IMG/VR virus record: IMGVR_UViG_3300023108_000017
DNA: 64,000 nucleotides
Strand: one strand, 5' to 3'
From: an uncultured virus (IMG/VR IMGVR_UViG_3300023108_000017)
Taxonomy: Duplodnaviria > Heunggongvirae > Uroviricota > Caudoviricetes
Part shown: positions 44,625 through 54,943 of the stretch, one piece after another
How the letters are laid out: each line of letters opens with the position of its first letter
How positions within the stretch are numbered: position 1 is the first letter of the stretch
Position numbers and translations under genes: made by a program
Notes under the pieces: model-generated
The model's database searches: none
What the model was told of the DNA's origin: nothing
What the model saw: only the letters and a program-made list of their open reading frames with translations

Positions 44625-45383
44625 ATGTTTGTTGAACAAGACTTATTTGAAGGAGTTGAAGAATTGAGTACACCGTCAAACACAGATACGTCGGTAAAAA
44701 ATGTTATTCTAAACGATGCGCCAGACATGTTATCGTCAGAGTGGCATGATTACGCTATGAGCCTCTTTAATGAAGATGAGCTGATGAATGGCCACCCTTT
44801 AGTAACGGGCCTTAGAAGGGTCTCTGAGCTTGTTCTGGGGCAAATTATGTACAGTGGTCCAACACAAGTATTTCCAGTGACTAGAGATGACCATCATGGC
44901 AGAGCAACTGTGGTATTTACTGTGAGATTTGCCAACGGTTCTGAATATTCTGAGGTTGCTGACGCTTGGGAAGGCAATACTGATGATATGTTCTGTGCCT
45001 ACGCCGTTGCCATTGCTAGCACCAGAGCAGAAGCTAGAGCTTTACGCAAAGCCCTTAAAATCAAGGGTGTGGCAGCAGAAGAATTGACCAAAAAAGACAC
45101 AGCAAAGATCGTTCGTGACATTTCGAAGCAGACCGCTAGCACTAGCGGAGACTATGACGAAGGAGGAAGAATGAGCGATGCGCAATATAATTTTATAGAT
45201 ATTAAATGTAAGCAGCTAAACGTAGACGGAGAGGCGTTATTCACGGTGTTTAAAGTAGACAAAAACCGCAAGGTTTCAAAGAAGGTCGCAAGTGATATCA
45301 TTGATCGTCTTAATGAATATCAACGTGACAAGGGTTCAATCCCAACAGGTGTTATTGGCTATAACGAAGAGTGGAGATCATAA
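44625..45383 (+). CDS. putative single-strand annealing protein (Rad52/Sak-like)
   Basis: ATVVFTV...VADA...AIASTRAEARALRKAL.I..VAAEEL, plus a C-terminal SDAQ...ASDIIDRL helical module. Confidence 0.6.
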   Translation: MFVEQDLFEGVEELSTPSNTDTSVKNVILNDAPDMLSSEWHDYAMSLFNEDELMNGHPLVTGLRRVSELVLGQIMYSGPTQVFPVTRDDHHGRATVVFTVRFANGSEYSEVADAWEGNTDDMFCAYAVAIASTRAEARALRKALKIKGVAAEELTKKDTAKIVRDISKQTASTSGDYDEGGRMSDAQYNFIDIKCKQLNVDGEALFTVFKVDKNRKVSKKVASDIIDRLNEYQRDKGSIPTGVIGYNEEWRS

Positions 45384-45716
45384 ATGAGATTGTCTTATAC
45401 AACTAAAAATAATAGACTACAAGTAGAAATCGAAGGTGAGTCACAAAGAGACTTATTCAATGAGCTTAATAAGTTTCAGGAAGTTTTTGAGAATGATGTT
45501 TGTGGCAAGTGTCAAGGCGAAGACATTCAGTATGTTGTACGTACCGTTGACGACAATCAGTACTACGAACTTAAGTGTAAGTCTTGCGGAGCAAAGCTAG
45601 CCTTTGGTGCGCATAAGAAGGGTGGCGGCTTATTTCCTAAGCGTAAAGACGGCGACACTTGGCTGCCAGACAATGGTTGGCAGAAGTGGAATCCTAAGTC
45701 CAAGCAGATGGAGTAA
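45384..45716 (+). CDS. zinc-ribbon hypothetical protein
   Basis: CGKC...CKSC; last gene of the + strand arm. Confidence 0.75.
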   Translation: MRLSYTTKNNRLQVEIEGESQRDLFNELNKFQEVFENDVCGKCQGEDIQYVVRTVDDNQYYELKCKSCGAKLAFGAHKKGGGLFPKRKDGDTWLPDNGWQKWNPKSKQME

Positions 45717-45728
45717 AGATAAAAATCT

Positions 45729-45774
45729 AAAAAGAAGGCTATCCCAACCAATTGGAAGGGGTAGCCTTTTTTAT
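45729..45774. terminator. bidirectional terminator between convergent arms
   Basis: A run, AAGGCTATCCC...GGGGTAGCCTT stem, T run; lies between convergent stops at 45716 and 45801. Confidence 0.85.
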
Positions 45775-45800
45775 TAAATCAAGAAACTCTATGATTACTA

Positions 45801-46124
45801 CTACGGAGACGAGGTGGTTGTGGTGGTTGGCTCTGCTTCAATATCCAAATTTCCAAAACTATAAGAAAGCTGCGCTGTAAAGCTAAAAGTTTTAGTTAAA
45901 GTATCAGCGTCCGTCGCAACCTGACCAGTAGATGTAGTCATTTTTGTCAGATCTGAGCCAGCTAATGCTTTGTTCACAGCCAAAAGAAGGCTCATGCAAA
46001 GCTCTTTACCATCGTCGCCTGTGGAATAACTTTCTAAACTTGAAATTGGAATTGACACACTTGTGCCATTGTCGGTTGCTCCTACAAAAATATCTGTAAT
46101 TGAACTTAAATTTGAGGCTGACAT
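45801..46124 (-). CDS. hypothetical (probable virion) protein with Thr-rich tail
   Basis: AAGGAG RBS; ends EPTTTTTSSP. Confidence 0.7.
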   Translation of the reverse strand: MSASNLSSITDIFVGATDNGTSVSIPISSLESYSTGDDGKELCMSLLLAVNKALAGSDLTKMTTSTGQVATDADTLTKTFSFTAQLSYSFGNLDIEAEPTTTTTSSP

Positions 46125-46149
46125 AAAAGATCTCCTTGTTAGTAAACTG

Positions 46150-46893
46150 TTATGCTAAATACTCTAGAGTAAAAAATAATCCGTACTGGGTTTTACTGCC
46201 AATACTTGTTGGTTCAGCGCTCATGGCAACATACCAATCATGCTGGGTGGAAAGATGTTCTACACCTTCTGTCGTTTGATATCCAAGTCCACTATCTGTC
46301 TCCAGTGAATCAGAATTTTCTCCATGCATTCCGGGAGAGGGTGTAAAAGTCATTTCTAAAGCACCGTTAAAAGTTTGGTCGTCAATGCTGCTAATTCCTT
46401 GACCAAACTCAACCCAAGTATCTCTGTTTCGTGCGCGAAAATGCAAATTAGAATAACTCGTTTCAGCAGCTGGATGTCTAGCTTCATAGACATATGTAGT
46501 TACTCCACTTGCGGCATTTTCAGGATTATCTCTGTCAAAAATACGAAGTTTACAATTTTGAACTCTAACCGGATCGTCGTTTGTAAATCTAATATTAAGA
46601 GGGCATAAATAATTGGGCAGATTTGGCAAAGGCATACTAACACCATTAGCCTCCACAACGCCAGCGGTATTGGCATCTCCTACCGAGGTCATGGACGTAT
46701 TATTGCATTGAACGCCAGCAATAGTGCCAGCGGCGTTGGTGACAAAAGTAGTATTTTGAACAGATCCAACGGGAACAGACAGGCCAAAGCCTAGACCGTA
46801 AAATCCTAAACCTTCCCCGTTCTGGTGGTCAATCTCAGCTTCGGCTGAGTCTGGATCGCCAATATTGGCATAAAATTTAAGTGAAGCAGGCAT
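46150..46893 (-). CDS. hypothetical (probable virion) protein
   Basis: AAGGAG RBS; beta-rich and acidic. Confidence 0.7.
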   Translation of the reverse strand: MPASLKFYANIGDPDSAEAEIDHQNGEGLGFYGLGFGLSVPVGSVQNTTFVTNAAGTIAGVQCNNTSMTSVGDANTAGVVEANGVSMPLPNLPNYLCPLNIRFTNDDPVRVQNCKLRIFDRDNPENAASGVTTYVYEARHPAAETSYSNLHFRARNRDTWVEFGQGISSIDDQTFNGALEMTFTPSPGMHGENSDSLETDSGLGYQTTEGVEHLSTQHDWYVAMSAEPTSIGSKTQYGLFFTLEYLA

Positions 46894-46915
46894 TTGAAAC
46901 TCCTTGGATGTTTAA

Positions 46916-46931
46916 CTAATTATAGATACAC
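46916..46931 (-). promoter_or_regulatory. candidate late promoter GTGTATCTATAATTAG
   Basis: intergenic, upstream of the 46893 start; resembles the motif at 5977. Confidence 0.45.
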
Positions 46932-46944
46932 TTTTTTTGTGTTT

Positions 46945-49900
46945 TTAACTAATATTTAACGTAACGTACTGAGCATATCCGGGATATTGACTTCCAGAAT
47001 ATGCAAATTGAAATGTGTGGCTAATATCATTATGAAAGAAGAAATATGCATCATATTGCCCAGAATCATTTGGGTCTAAACCAAATTCAGTGCTTTTATT
47101 TCCTGTAATTCTTCCGGCCTCGTCTCCCGTCCCACTTGTGAGCCGTTTGATTCCACCATGCTCTTTTGGTCCTGCGTCTAGCTTAGTAATATACCTTACT
47201 TCGCCCTTGAAGGAAATAACGCCGCCTCCGTCTAGCTTTACGATATAGCCAGTCTCGTCTATTATGTTGTTTGGATCAGAGTCATCGTAGTACCTATCGC
47301 CAAAAGATCCGGGGTTTAGGTCTTCCCCGGATAGAGCATTTCCAAATTCGTCAGAGCCAAAGCTCACTCCTCCAGAAGAATCAAAAATCATTTCTATATT
47401 TGCTCGTTTGTCTAAATAATTGCCAGCAGAAATTGGTCCCTGTATAACTTTCATGCTAGAAGGTGAAAGTCCAATAGTTAATTTTTTGTACGCAAAGCCA
47501 CCGGATGTTAGTAACATTCCTCTTCTAATCGGGTCTTTAGTCCAGTCAGAAGTTGCTTTATAGTCGCTTTCGTGTGTTACTAAAGAACCTGCTGATGGAA
47601 AAGATCCATCGCTAAGAGTCGGAACTGGAAAGTCTACTTCTGAACCACTAGAATTAAAATGTAGAGCTGCAAAGTATCTTGTGTCCCATATAGTGTTTTC
47701 TCTAGGCCAAGCGTCGAAAACTCTGCAATGTAGGGCAGTTGTGCCAAAATAGTTATAAGCACCAACAGCACTACCGTATTGATTCCATCCAATATTACGA
47801 GGGGAGGTTCCGGGAGTAAACGCAACAAAGCCAAAAACAGCAGCCATAGTGCTAAATTGGGGAGCTTGTCCCGGAAGGGCGCTCTGAAACATGGGCGCTC
47901 CAAAATCTTCGAACACTTCCATGTTGATAGTGCCGCCTCCCGGTCTAGTAAATCTATTTATAGCGGCTGTAATGCCAACTAAGTTTAATCCTTCTTTTTC
48001 GTAGTCATCATCTTCGTATATTGTTAAAGTGCCAAGAGGTTTACTTAGTGGAGTAGATTTGATAAAATGATCATAAGGTAAGTAAGACCCAACGTTCAGG
48101 CTACTAAAGCGACTAAACATATTACCAAACATGTGAGAATCACCATTGGCATATCCGTCCATTACCTCTTTTATTTCTTTTCTTTTTTCGAATGAAGTAG
48201 TTGTGCCAACAACCTCTTGTTCGCCAGTATTTGTAATTTGCTGAAGCAAGCCTCCCTGCCCACCGCTTAAAATTGCCCCGCCTCCTCCACCCAAACTTGA
48301 AGCGTAGGGGTCAGAATGTATAACCATTTCTGCTGGAAGAGGAGAAAATTGTATATGATTTGGATTGGCGGGCGTAAGTCCTCTACTTTGCGCAACGGTT
48401 GGAGAACTAGATATGTCAGACCTATATTGTGAAGCAGCTGAATACAAAGTATTGCTATTTAAAAGAGATTGCCAATGATCCAAAGGTAATATTGGAGAGC
48501 TACTATTATCATCGCTATAATAGCCATTTACCGCCATGTCTGCTGGAGTATCTTCTCTAGGTCCATTGAAACTATATCCGGGAAAATACAAATCGCTATT
48601 GATACCAGCCGGTCCAGAGTTATTAACCCCAGCGGCCAATGAAGCCTGATAACCATCTGGAAAGCTTGGCCCCCACCAATTTTTTAAGTGAGATCCCATA
48701 AGAGCGTCAGTGGTAAATGCGGCCATAGCAGTAGTAACATTGGTATACTGAATATATTTAGCGCTATCAAAAGAAGATGCTACAAAATATCCAAGACTAG
48801 GATTAAAGCTGACATTAGATCCATCATTTAAGGACATTATTTCAGTAGCATCATGAAAAGGAAGCATAGAAGAACTACCGCCAGCAACACCGTTCTTCCA
48901 AGAGAAATACCAATTCTGCCTAGCTTTATACTCGTATTTTCCAGCGCTCCACATTTCATTAGACATAGCAGCATCTCTAAAAAAAGCATCTGAATTAGCA
49001 ATTAATTTTGAAAATGTCCAAGCTCCCATTTTTGTGGGAAGGCCTTCGCCAGCAATGCTGAACTCTTGAATGATCCATTCTGCACCTATTAGGGTACACA
49101 TAACAAGAGTTCCAGCAGTAAATGATTTTTCCGACCTATTAACAACTCTAATTTTTTCTACTCTCTTCGCATTATATTCAATAATAAGATTAGGACCGAA
49201 TAGATTTGGATTTCCGTCCTGAGCTGAAACTGGAACAGCTAGCCCTGAAGCAAAATTACCTGTATAGTATTCAGATCCTCTAGAGTAAAATAAGTCTCCA
49301 TCTGAGTCGTTTTGTAAAAAGCCATCACTGTCTTCGTCTGGCATCTGGAAGGCGGTGTTGCCAGCGGCAGCAACGGGAGTTATAAGTCTGGCCAAAATGG
49401 TTTGTGTCGATTCCCAAGCTCCTAGAGAGTCATTATAAGAAAGTCTTATTTTGCCAGTAGCTAAATCATTAATAGAATTTCCAGACATATCTTCTGGCTT
49501 AACATAAACTCCAGCATGTAGCGAAGATCTTGCTGCGTCAGTTTTTGATTTAGAATACTTAAGTCCAGTGGCAGAAACCGCAACGTCTGAAATAATTTGA
49601 GAACCTTTTTGTGCGGTTACTCTTTCTTGTCTATCAACCCCCTCTCCGGGTATGTGGAAGTACAAATTGGTATAAACAGATGGATCGTTTTTGCTAAAAA
49701 GTCCACCCATTAAAGTATAGCACCTAGTAGGTGCTTCTTTGACTGGACTTATATTCTCTTCTAACCACTTTTTTGCGCCCCTAACTTTACTGACAGAGGC
49801 TGTTTTATCGTTACTATTTTCTACAATTAAACCTTCAATCTGTGACTCAAAGGTAGAAACTAATCCAATAATATCAGTAGATGATTTTGAGCCACCTCCC

Positions 49901-50151
49901 CCCTGCCAAGTTCCCGAATTCATTGTATTGAATAGGATTTGAAGACCGTTGCTCCCGTTGGCCGATTTAATATCATTAAAAAAAGCTTCATCTCCTATCT
50001 CGTCTTCAAAACTTTTGAGTTCTACTAGAGCCTTGTTTAAGCTATCTTTTGTAAACGACCCAAGACCTACGGCTACCATCTTGGGGTCATTAGTAACAAA
50101 AGAATGAAATTCGGTTGAAGAAGAGTAGGCGTTCCCAGAACTAAGTCCCAT
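46945..50151 (-). CDS. large hypothetical virion/tail protein (1068 aa)
   Basis: long Gly/Ser-rich ORF in the - strand structural block. Confidence 0.65.
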   Translation of the reverse strand: MGLSSGNAYSSSTEFHSFVTNDPKMVAVGLGSFTKDSLNKALVELKSFEDEIGDEAFFNDIKSANGSNGLQILFNTMNSGTWQGGGGSKSSTDIIGLVSTFESQIEGLIVENSNDKTASVSKVRGAKKWLEENISPVKEAPTRCYTLMGGLFSKNDPSVYTNLYFHIPGEGVDRQERVTAQKGSQIISDVAVSATGLKYSKSKTDAARSSLHAGVYVKPEDMSGNSINDLATGKIRLSYNDSLGAWESTQTILARLITPVAAAGNTAFQMPDEDSDGFLQNDSDGDLFYSRGSEYYTGNFASGLAVPVSAQDGNPNLFGPNLIIEYNAKRVEKIRVVNRSEKSFTAGTLVMCTLIGAEWIIQEFSIAGEGLPTKMGAWTFSKLIANSDAFFRDAAMSNEMWSAGKYEYKARQNWYFSWKNGVAGGSSSMLPFHDATEIMSLNDGSNVSFNPSLGYFVASSFDSAKYIQYTNVTTAMAAFTTDALMGSHLKNWWGPSFPDGYQASLAAGVNNSGPAGINSDLYFPGYSFNGPREDTPADMAVNGYYSDDNSSSPILPLDHWQSLLNSNTLYSAASQYRSDISSSPTVAQSRGLTPANPNHIQFSPLPAEMVIHSDPYASSLGGGGGAILSGGQGGLLQQITNTGEQEVVGTTTSFEKRKEIKEVMDGYANGDSHMFGNMFSRFSSLNVGSYLPYDHFIKSTPLSKPLGTLTIYEDDDYEKEGLNLVGITAAINRFTRPGGGTINMEVFEDFGAPMFQSALPGQAPQFSTMAAVFGFVAFTPGTSPRNIGWNQYGSAVGAYNYFGTTALHCRVFDAWPRENTIWDTRYFAALHFNSSGSEVDFPVPTLSDGSFPSAGSLVTHESDYKATSDWTKDPIRRGMLLTSGGFAYKKLTIGLSPSSMKVIQGPISAGNYLDKRANIEMIFDSSGGVSFGSDEFGNALSGEDLNPGSFGDRYYDDSDPNNIIDETGYIVKLDGGGVISFKGEVRYITKLDAGPKEHGGIKRLTSGTGDEAGRITGNKSTEFGLDPNDSGQYDAYFFFHNDISHTFQFAYSGSQYPGYAQYVTLNIS

Positions 50152-50153
50152 GT

Positions 50154-53100
50154 TTAACTCCAGTATGTGATGTGGTGTTCGTCTCTATTAAATGGATCAA
50201 GCGGGCTATCATAAAGAGTTTCTAGCTGCTCAAGATCAGCCGCCCTCATTGAAGGCAACAAGTGATGATGCTGCCGAGAGACAGCAATTTTTTGGTCTGA
50301 TAGATTTTCTAAAGCAGAATTATACCTGTCTCTATACTGAGACAATGTGTCATTGTCTTGCTCCAAGACTTCTTGCATAGATTCTGAGGAGGTAACAGAA
50401 GACTGAAGAGCAGTTTCTTCGCCAGCGCCTGTCACGCTAGATATAGATAAATTATTTGTTCCCGGATTTGTGTAATTAGGGTCTATGGCAGATACATAAG
50501 GTTTTAATACTTGGGCGGGAGGAGGCGCTCCTCTGAATTTATTTTTAATTAAACTCTTGCTGAACAAATCAAACTGGGCCGCACTATTTTTAAGATATTG
50601 ATTTTTTACTATATCTATTTGTTTCTGCTGTTGTCTTTGAACGTGAGCCATACTTCTACTGTAAGTTTGAAATCTGTAAGAACACCTCACACCATCTATG
50701 CCAACGTCTAGAGAAATACTGTCTAAAATTGGACCACCAGTGGATATCAGGCTGCCAATATCAACATTACCATTGGGCATACCGGGGTAGCTTACGGAGC
50801 CTTTTTCCGAAGCGAGATATAGAGTTCCAGCCAAAGAAACTCTACTATTGGCAGCTGTGTTCATTAAACTGTAAGAGCCAAAATTCCAAGGAGCCAAGCT
50901 TCCATCTGTTTGGATATCAACTTTTCCACCAGTATTTTTTAATAACTTATATTCATCTTGACCTTGAGCATTTTTAACTTTGACAGGCCCGCTATACCAA
51001 GGTCCGTAACAAGACTGTTGATTTTCTAGAGGTAAAACTGCTAAGTCTGGCTTTACACAGGGAGGTACTGAAAATAGCCTATCTGGATTGTAAAAGGTCA
51101 AACTGGAGCCATAATTATCTAAGTCTATTTTTCTATTAACAGATATAGCAGTGACTGTTCCCAGAGATTCGTTGTCAGTAAAATAAGATGGATATGCAGC
51201 AGTATTAAATTTCTGTTTTTTAGGTATATCTGATAGACTATCTCTTTTTGGAGAAACGACACTGCCTATTGTTATTAGGGCATAAGCATAATCTAGGTTT
51301 GGATAAGGAATAATTTGTCCGTTGTTAGATCTAGGAAAATCTGTAATATTGACATTGCTACCAGAAAAAAGAGGTTCGTATTGAATATTAGTTTTTAATT
51401 GTCCAGCGTTGTCGGGAACGTTTCCAGAAGCGTCTAGATGAACAGGCAATGGCATGTGGTATGTATGCGATCTCTTGCCATTGCATTGCATAACACTTCT
51501 GGTGTGCGTTACGGGCAAATAGTAAACCTGAGTGTCTAATTCTGCTGGCATAAAAGCAACCATTTGAGCAGCATTATTAGGATCTGTTTGGGGAATAATT
51601 CTAGTACCTACCGACTCTGTATAAACTCTACTGTTAGCACTAGACACATTAAGATTTTCGGCATAGTCATATCGAACATATGCTTTAATTCTGTAGTTAG
51701 ACCCAAAGCCTTGTAAATTTGCTGGCATTAGAGCGGAAGTAACGCCAAGGTTGTAAACATCTAGGCTAACAAAACCCCCAGTACTATCTGGAATATAGTT
51801 ATAGTTTAGGCTGTCATCTATTGGGTTGTGAGTTGATATAAAGCCTGATTTAAATTGAGATTGAGCAGCAGTAAAAACTGGATTGTTAGACGCTTCAACA
51901 AAAGAACCATTATTAGCAGCAGCACCTAAATCTCCATTGCCAACAGGATAGAAGCCAAACGGGCCTTCTTCATAAGTTCTTTTGTCTGCCGAAAGCTTAG
52001 GAGCGCCAAATTTGTAATTTGGCTTTGGAGGCAATCTAACTAGCCATTTTTTTCCGTAACATTCTTCTGCAACACTCTTTACAAAATTGAATACTTTTTG
52101 AGCATTTTCTTTTCTTGTTTCTACATTTTTCTTCACAATAACCATCTGACCAGTCATAGAAGAAATAATACTATCTAGATAAGCTGCGTCTACGCCTGCG
52201 CCTTGACTGCTGATAACTTTAACTGCATCATTCTCAGCTTGGCTCAATTTTCTAACTTTTCTTAACTGTTTATATTTTTCCAACAAAGAGTTAACAACTT
52301 GAGCAACACCAGCAGGGTTTGAAGAGCCTTCCAGACTGCTTAATACTCTAAGATCTGCCACCACGCTAGCTCTTTCGTCAAAAACTTTCTTAACGGTTAA
52401 ACCTAAAGCAACAGCTCTGTTGTAGTAAAGGGGATAGCCGAACGGTGGACAACAGGGGTTAAGCAACATGCCGCCAGCACCATAGCCAGCATCGTTCGTG
52501 AATAAACATCTAGGTGCTTTAAGCCCCTTTGTGTGCGTTCCATTTTCGTCATCTGTAACCTGAATTCCAGCACCCATTAAGGTTTCAGAATATTTAGGAT
52601 TTTTGTTAACAACTTCCAAGAATCTTGCGTTGTAGAATTCTAAAAAGTTTTTCCAAGCTTTAAATCCTTTTAAGGCGTATCTTAATTCTGTTTCTGTGGC
52701 GACATAATAATTTCCTACACCGAAAGCGCCAACCCCGCTACTGTCTAGTAATATCTGTTTCCAAGGACCACTACCCTTAACTGGAACAACAACATTTCCG
52801 CTTAAGGTTCCATAAAATGGAATAATCTGATCAAGGTTGCCAGCACCACCACCTCCGTGATAAGATCCACCATCGTGACTAGAAGTAAAAGCATATAAAT
52901 CAACTCGATTAGCACCAAACAAAACTTTACTAGTAGTTGGATTTGTTAATTCATATCCAATGTCAGTTTTTTCTAATAATGAATATGTATTTCCGTCATC
53001 GCTAGTATGAGATGGAAAGTTGCCAGCGTTGTTGATAAAACTATTTATTTGACCAATGGAACTTTCGTTAGATCGATTAATAAAATTGATACTAATTGTT

Positions 53101-54137
53101 CCACCAACACCGGTCTCATTTCCAAAATAAGGGCTTAGGGAAACATCAATTTCATACCCACAGCTTTCAGCAATTTCCATAACAAAAGCAAGTAAGTCTA
53201 TATTGTCTTGATCGAAAAAATATAGAGGATCTAAAGGGGGCAAGTTATAGAAGCTAACATAATAACTAAGGCCTCTATAAAAAATACCGCCAGAAAATCC
53301 AGAGTATTCACTATTGGGTAAAGCACCATTCATTGCTGCAAGTGCTTGCATTATTCTGTAATAAGGAATACCCGAAGCACTTCTTCTAGACATTGCCGTT
53401 CCGGTTACTGGAAATTTATTTTGATATCCGGGATTGCTGAAATATGGATCTCCAGCAGCAGCAGCGCCAGAGTAGTACATGTCATCACCAGCTAAACCGT
53501 TTGGGCCTCTAGAGGCAATATTTTTACTATAGCTTTTAAAGATATCTCTTGTGCTTTTTGTTGGATTATATTCAAGGAAGCCAAAAACATTGTAAACATT
53601 ATTCTCTATTTGTCCAACCCTGTCATCAGAATGGTTCAGTATTAAGTAAATGTTAGACAAGATTTCTCTTGGGTCAACAACGGTGACAGAATATGAATGC
53701 CCAGATATACTACTGGTACTATGAAATGATTGTAATAGCCCGCCAAATTTTAACACAGAGCCAGCACTACTGCCTTCGAATGCTTCTCTAATAGTAACTC
53801 TGGGATTAGAATAAACAAAAAATACAGGCATTCCAACACCCGGAGGAGAAAAAGAATCAGTTCCGCTGTGGTATGGATCATAAACACCCTTAGACTTTGA
53901 TGGATCATCTATTGTTGGATTAGTTCCATTGGGATCAACTACAAGTTCTACATTCAGAGTAGTCGGTGAAGACCCTCCACCAGCTTGAGCGCTAAACGAT
54001 TTTATAGTTGCGCCGAGAAAAGTTTGCTGTTCCGGGAAAAAACCACCCGTACTTCTAACCGACTCTCTTGTTGCAAGAGAATTATCAAGAGGTCCAGTCC
54101 AATCTTTCACAACGGAATCTGTTGAATTAGTAGACAT
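50154..54137 (-). CDS. large putative tail/baseplate protein (1327 aa)
   Basis: QQTFLGATI.SF...LNVELV.D, FGGLLQS, YSVTVVDPRE; C-terminal strand pattern resembling tail hub proteins. Confidence 0.6.
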   Translation of the reverse strand: MSTNSTDSVVKDWTGPLDNSLATRESVRSTGGFFPEQQTFLGATIKSFSAQAGGGSSPTTLNVELVVDPNGTNPTIDDPSKSKGVYDPYHSGTDSFSPPGVGMPVFFVYSNPRVTIREAFEGSSAGSVLKFGGLLQSFHSTSSISGHSYSVTVVDPREILSNIYLILNHSDDRVGQIENNVYNVFGFLEYNPTKSTRDIFKSYSKNIASRGPNGLAGDDMYYSGAAAAGDPYFSNPGYQNKFPVTGTAMSRRSASGIPYYRIMQALAAMNGALPNSEYSGFSGGIFYRGLSYYVSFYNLPPLDPLYFFDQDNIDLLAFVMEIAESCGYEIDVSLSPYFGNETGVGGTISINFINRSNESSIGQINSFINNAGNFPSHTSDDGNTYSLLEKTDIGYELTNPTTSKVLFGANRVDLYAFTSSHDGGSYHGGGGAGNLDQIIPFYGTLSGNVVVPVKGSGPWKQILLDSSGVGAFGVGNYYVATETELRYALKGFKAWKNFLEFYNARFLEVVNKNPKYSETLMGAGIQVTDDENGTHTKGLKAPRCLFTNDAGYGAGGMLLNPCCPPFGYPLYYNRAVALGLTVKKVFDERASVVADLRVLSSLEGSSNPAGVAQVVNSLLEKYKQLRKVRKLSQAENDAVKVISSQGAGVDAAYLDSIISSMTGQMVIVKKNVETRKENAQKVFNFVKSVAEECYGKKWLVRLPPKPNYKFGAPKLSADKRTYEEGPFGFYPVGNGDLGAAANNGSFVEASNNPVFTAAQSQFKSGFISTHNPIDDSLNYNYIPDSTGGFVSLDVYNLGVTSALMPANLQGFGSNYRIKAYVRYDYAENLNVSSANSRVYTESVGTRIIPQTDPNNAAQMVAFMPAELDTQVYYLPVTHTRSVMQCNGKRSHTYHMPLPVHLDASGNVPDNAGQLKTNIQYEPLFSGSNVNITDFPRSNNGQIIPYPNLDYAYALITIGSVVSPKRDSLSDIPKKQKFNTAAYPSYFTDNESLGTVTAISVNRKIDLDNYGSSLTFYNPDRLFSVPPCVKPDLAVLPLENQQSCYGPWYSGPVKVKNAQGQDEYKLLKNTGGKVDIQTDGSLAPWNFGSYSLMNTAANSRVSLAGTLYLASEKGSVSYPGMPNGNVDIGSLISTGGPILDSISLDVGIDGVRCSYRFQTYSRSMAHVQRQQQKQIDIVKNQYLKNSAAQFDLFSKSLIKNKFRGAPPPAQVLKPYVSAIDPNYTNPGTNNLSISSVTGAGEETALQSSVTSSESMQEVLEQDNDTLSQYRDRYNSALENLSDQKIAVSRQHHHLLPSMRAADLEQLETLYDSPLDPFNRDEHHITYWS

Positions 54138-54145
54138 ATAAGATC

Positions 54146-54943
54146 CTAGTTAGAGGGCGCTGAAGATATAAACAGTGTAGCCGTTTGGGGAGGTGGCATC
54201 ATATCGAAGTTTCCTGTGTCATCATCTTGATCCTGATCATCTTGGTTATTGTCACCTGATTGACCAGATGGTGAGCTTGGTGATTTGTAATCGTCAGAAG
54301 GTCCAGTGGGGTATCTGTCTGGATTAAAATAATCTGGATCAAAAACAGAACCTCCAGAATCTGAAGTATTTTCTGGAATATTGGTGGGTGAATAATTTGG
54401 TCTATTAAAATTTTCAGCACTAGAGTGTGTCTCCACGACCACAACGTCATCCAAACCAAAATGTGTCATATTTACATCACGACGAACTGGAGCCTGAACA
54501 CCGTCCGACATTTCCATATAAGAAAAACTACTATAATAATAATCTAGATCAGACAGTTGTTGAGCCGACTCAAACTCTGACTTGGTATTAAATTTTCCCT
54601 TAACAGTGTCGTCAGAGGGATCGTTATAGTCTTGAAGGCTTTCCAGATTAAATTTATCTGAACCAGTATTTCCTCTTAATAATCCAAAGGTTGTAGAAGC
54701 GAATGACGGTATTCCTCCACTGTAAAGAACGTTAAACTCATCAAAGTCTATATAATCTTCTAGGTATGTTCTATAGTTGTTAAAAGAAATACTAAGCTTT
54801 AACGCATTTTTCTGATCAGTATTATCAAAATTCCCAATTTCAGAAACATGATCAGATGGGTATATACCATCTTCGTAATGTAGTATCACTTCCTCTAAGT
54901 AGGAAGTATCAAGCGGAGGGAATGAAGAAGTGGGAAGAGTCAT
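54146..54943 (-). CDS. acidic hypothetical protein
   Basis: ORF track; ATGA-type overlap region with the upstream gene. Confidence 0.65.
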   Translation of the reverse strand: MTLPTSSFPPLDTSYLEEVILHYEDGIYPSDHVSEIGNFDNTDQKNALKLSISFNNYRTYLEDYIDFDEFNVLYSGGIPSFASTTFGLLRGNTGSDKFNLESLQDYNDPSDDTVKGKFNTKSEFESAQQLSDLDYYYSSFSYMEMSDGVQAPVRRDVNMTHFGLDDVVVVETHSSAENFNRPNYSPTNIPENTSDSGGSVFDPDYFNPDRYPTGPSDDYKSPSSPSGQSGDNNQDDQDQDDDTGNFDMMPPPQTATLFISSAPSN

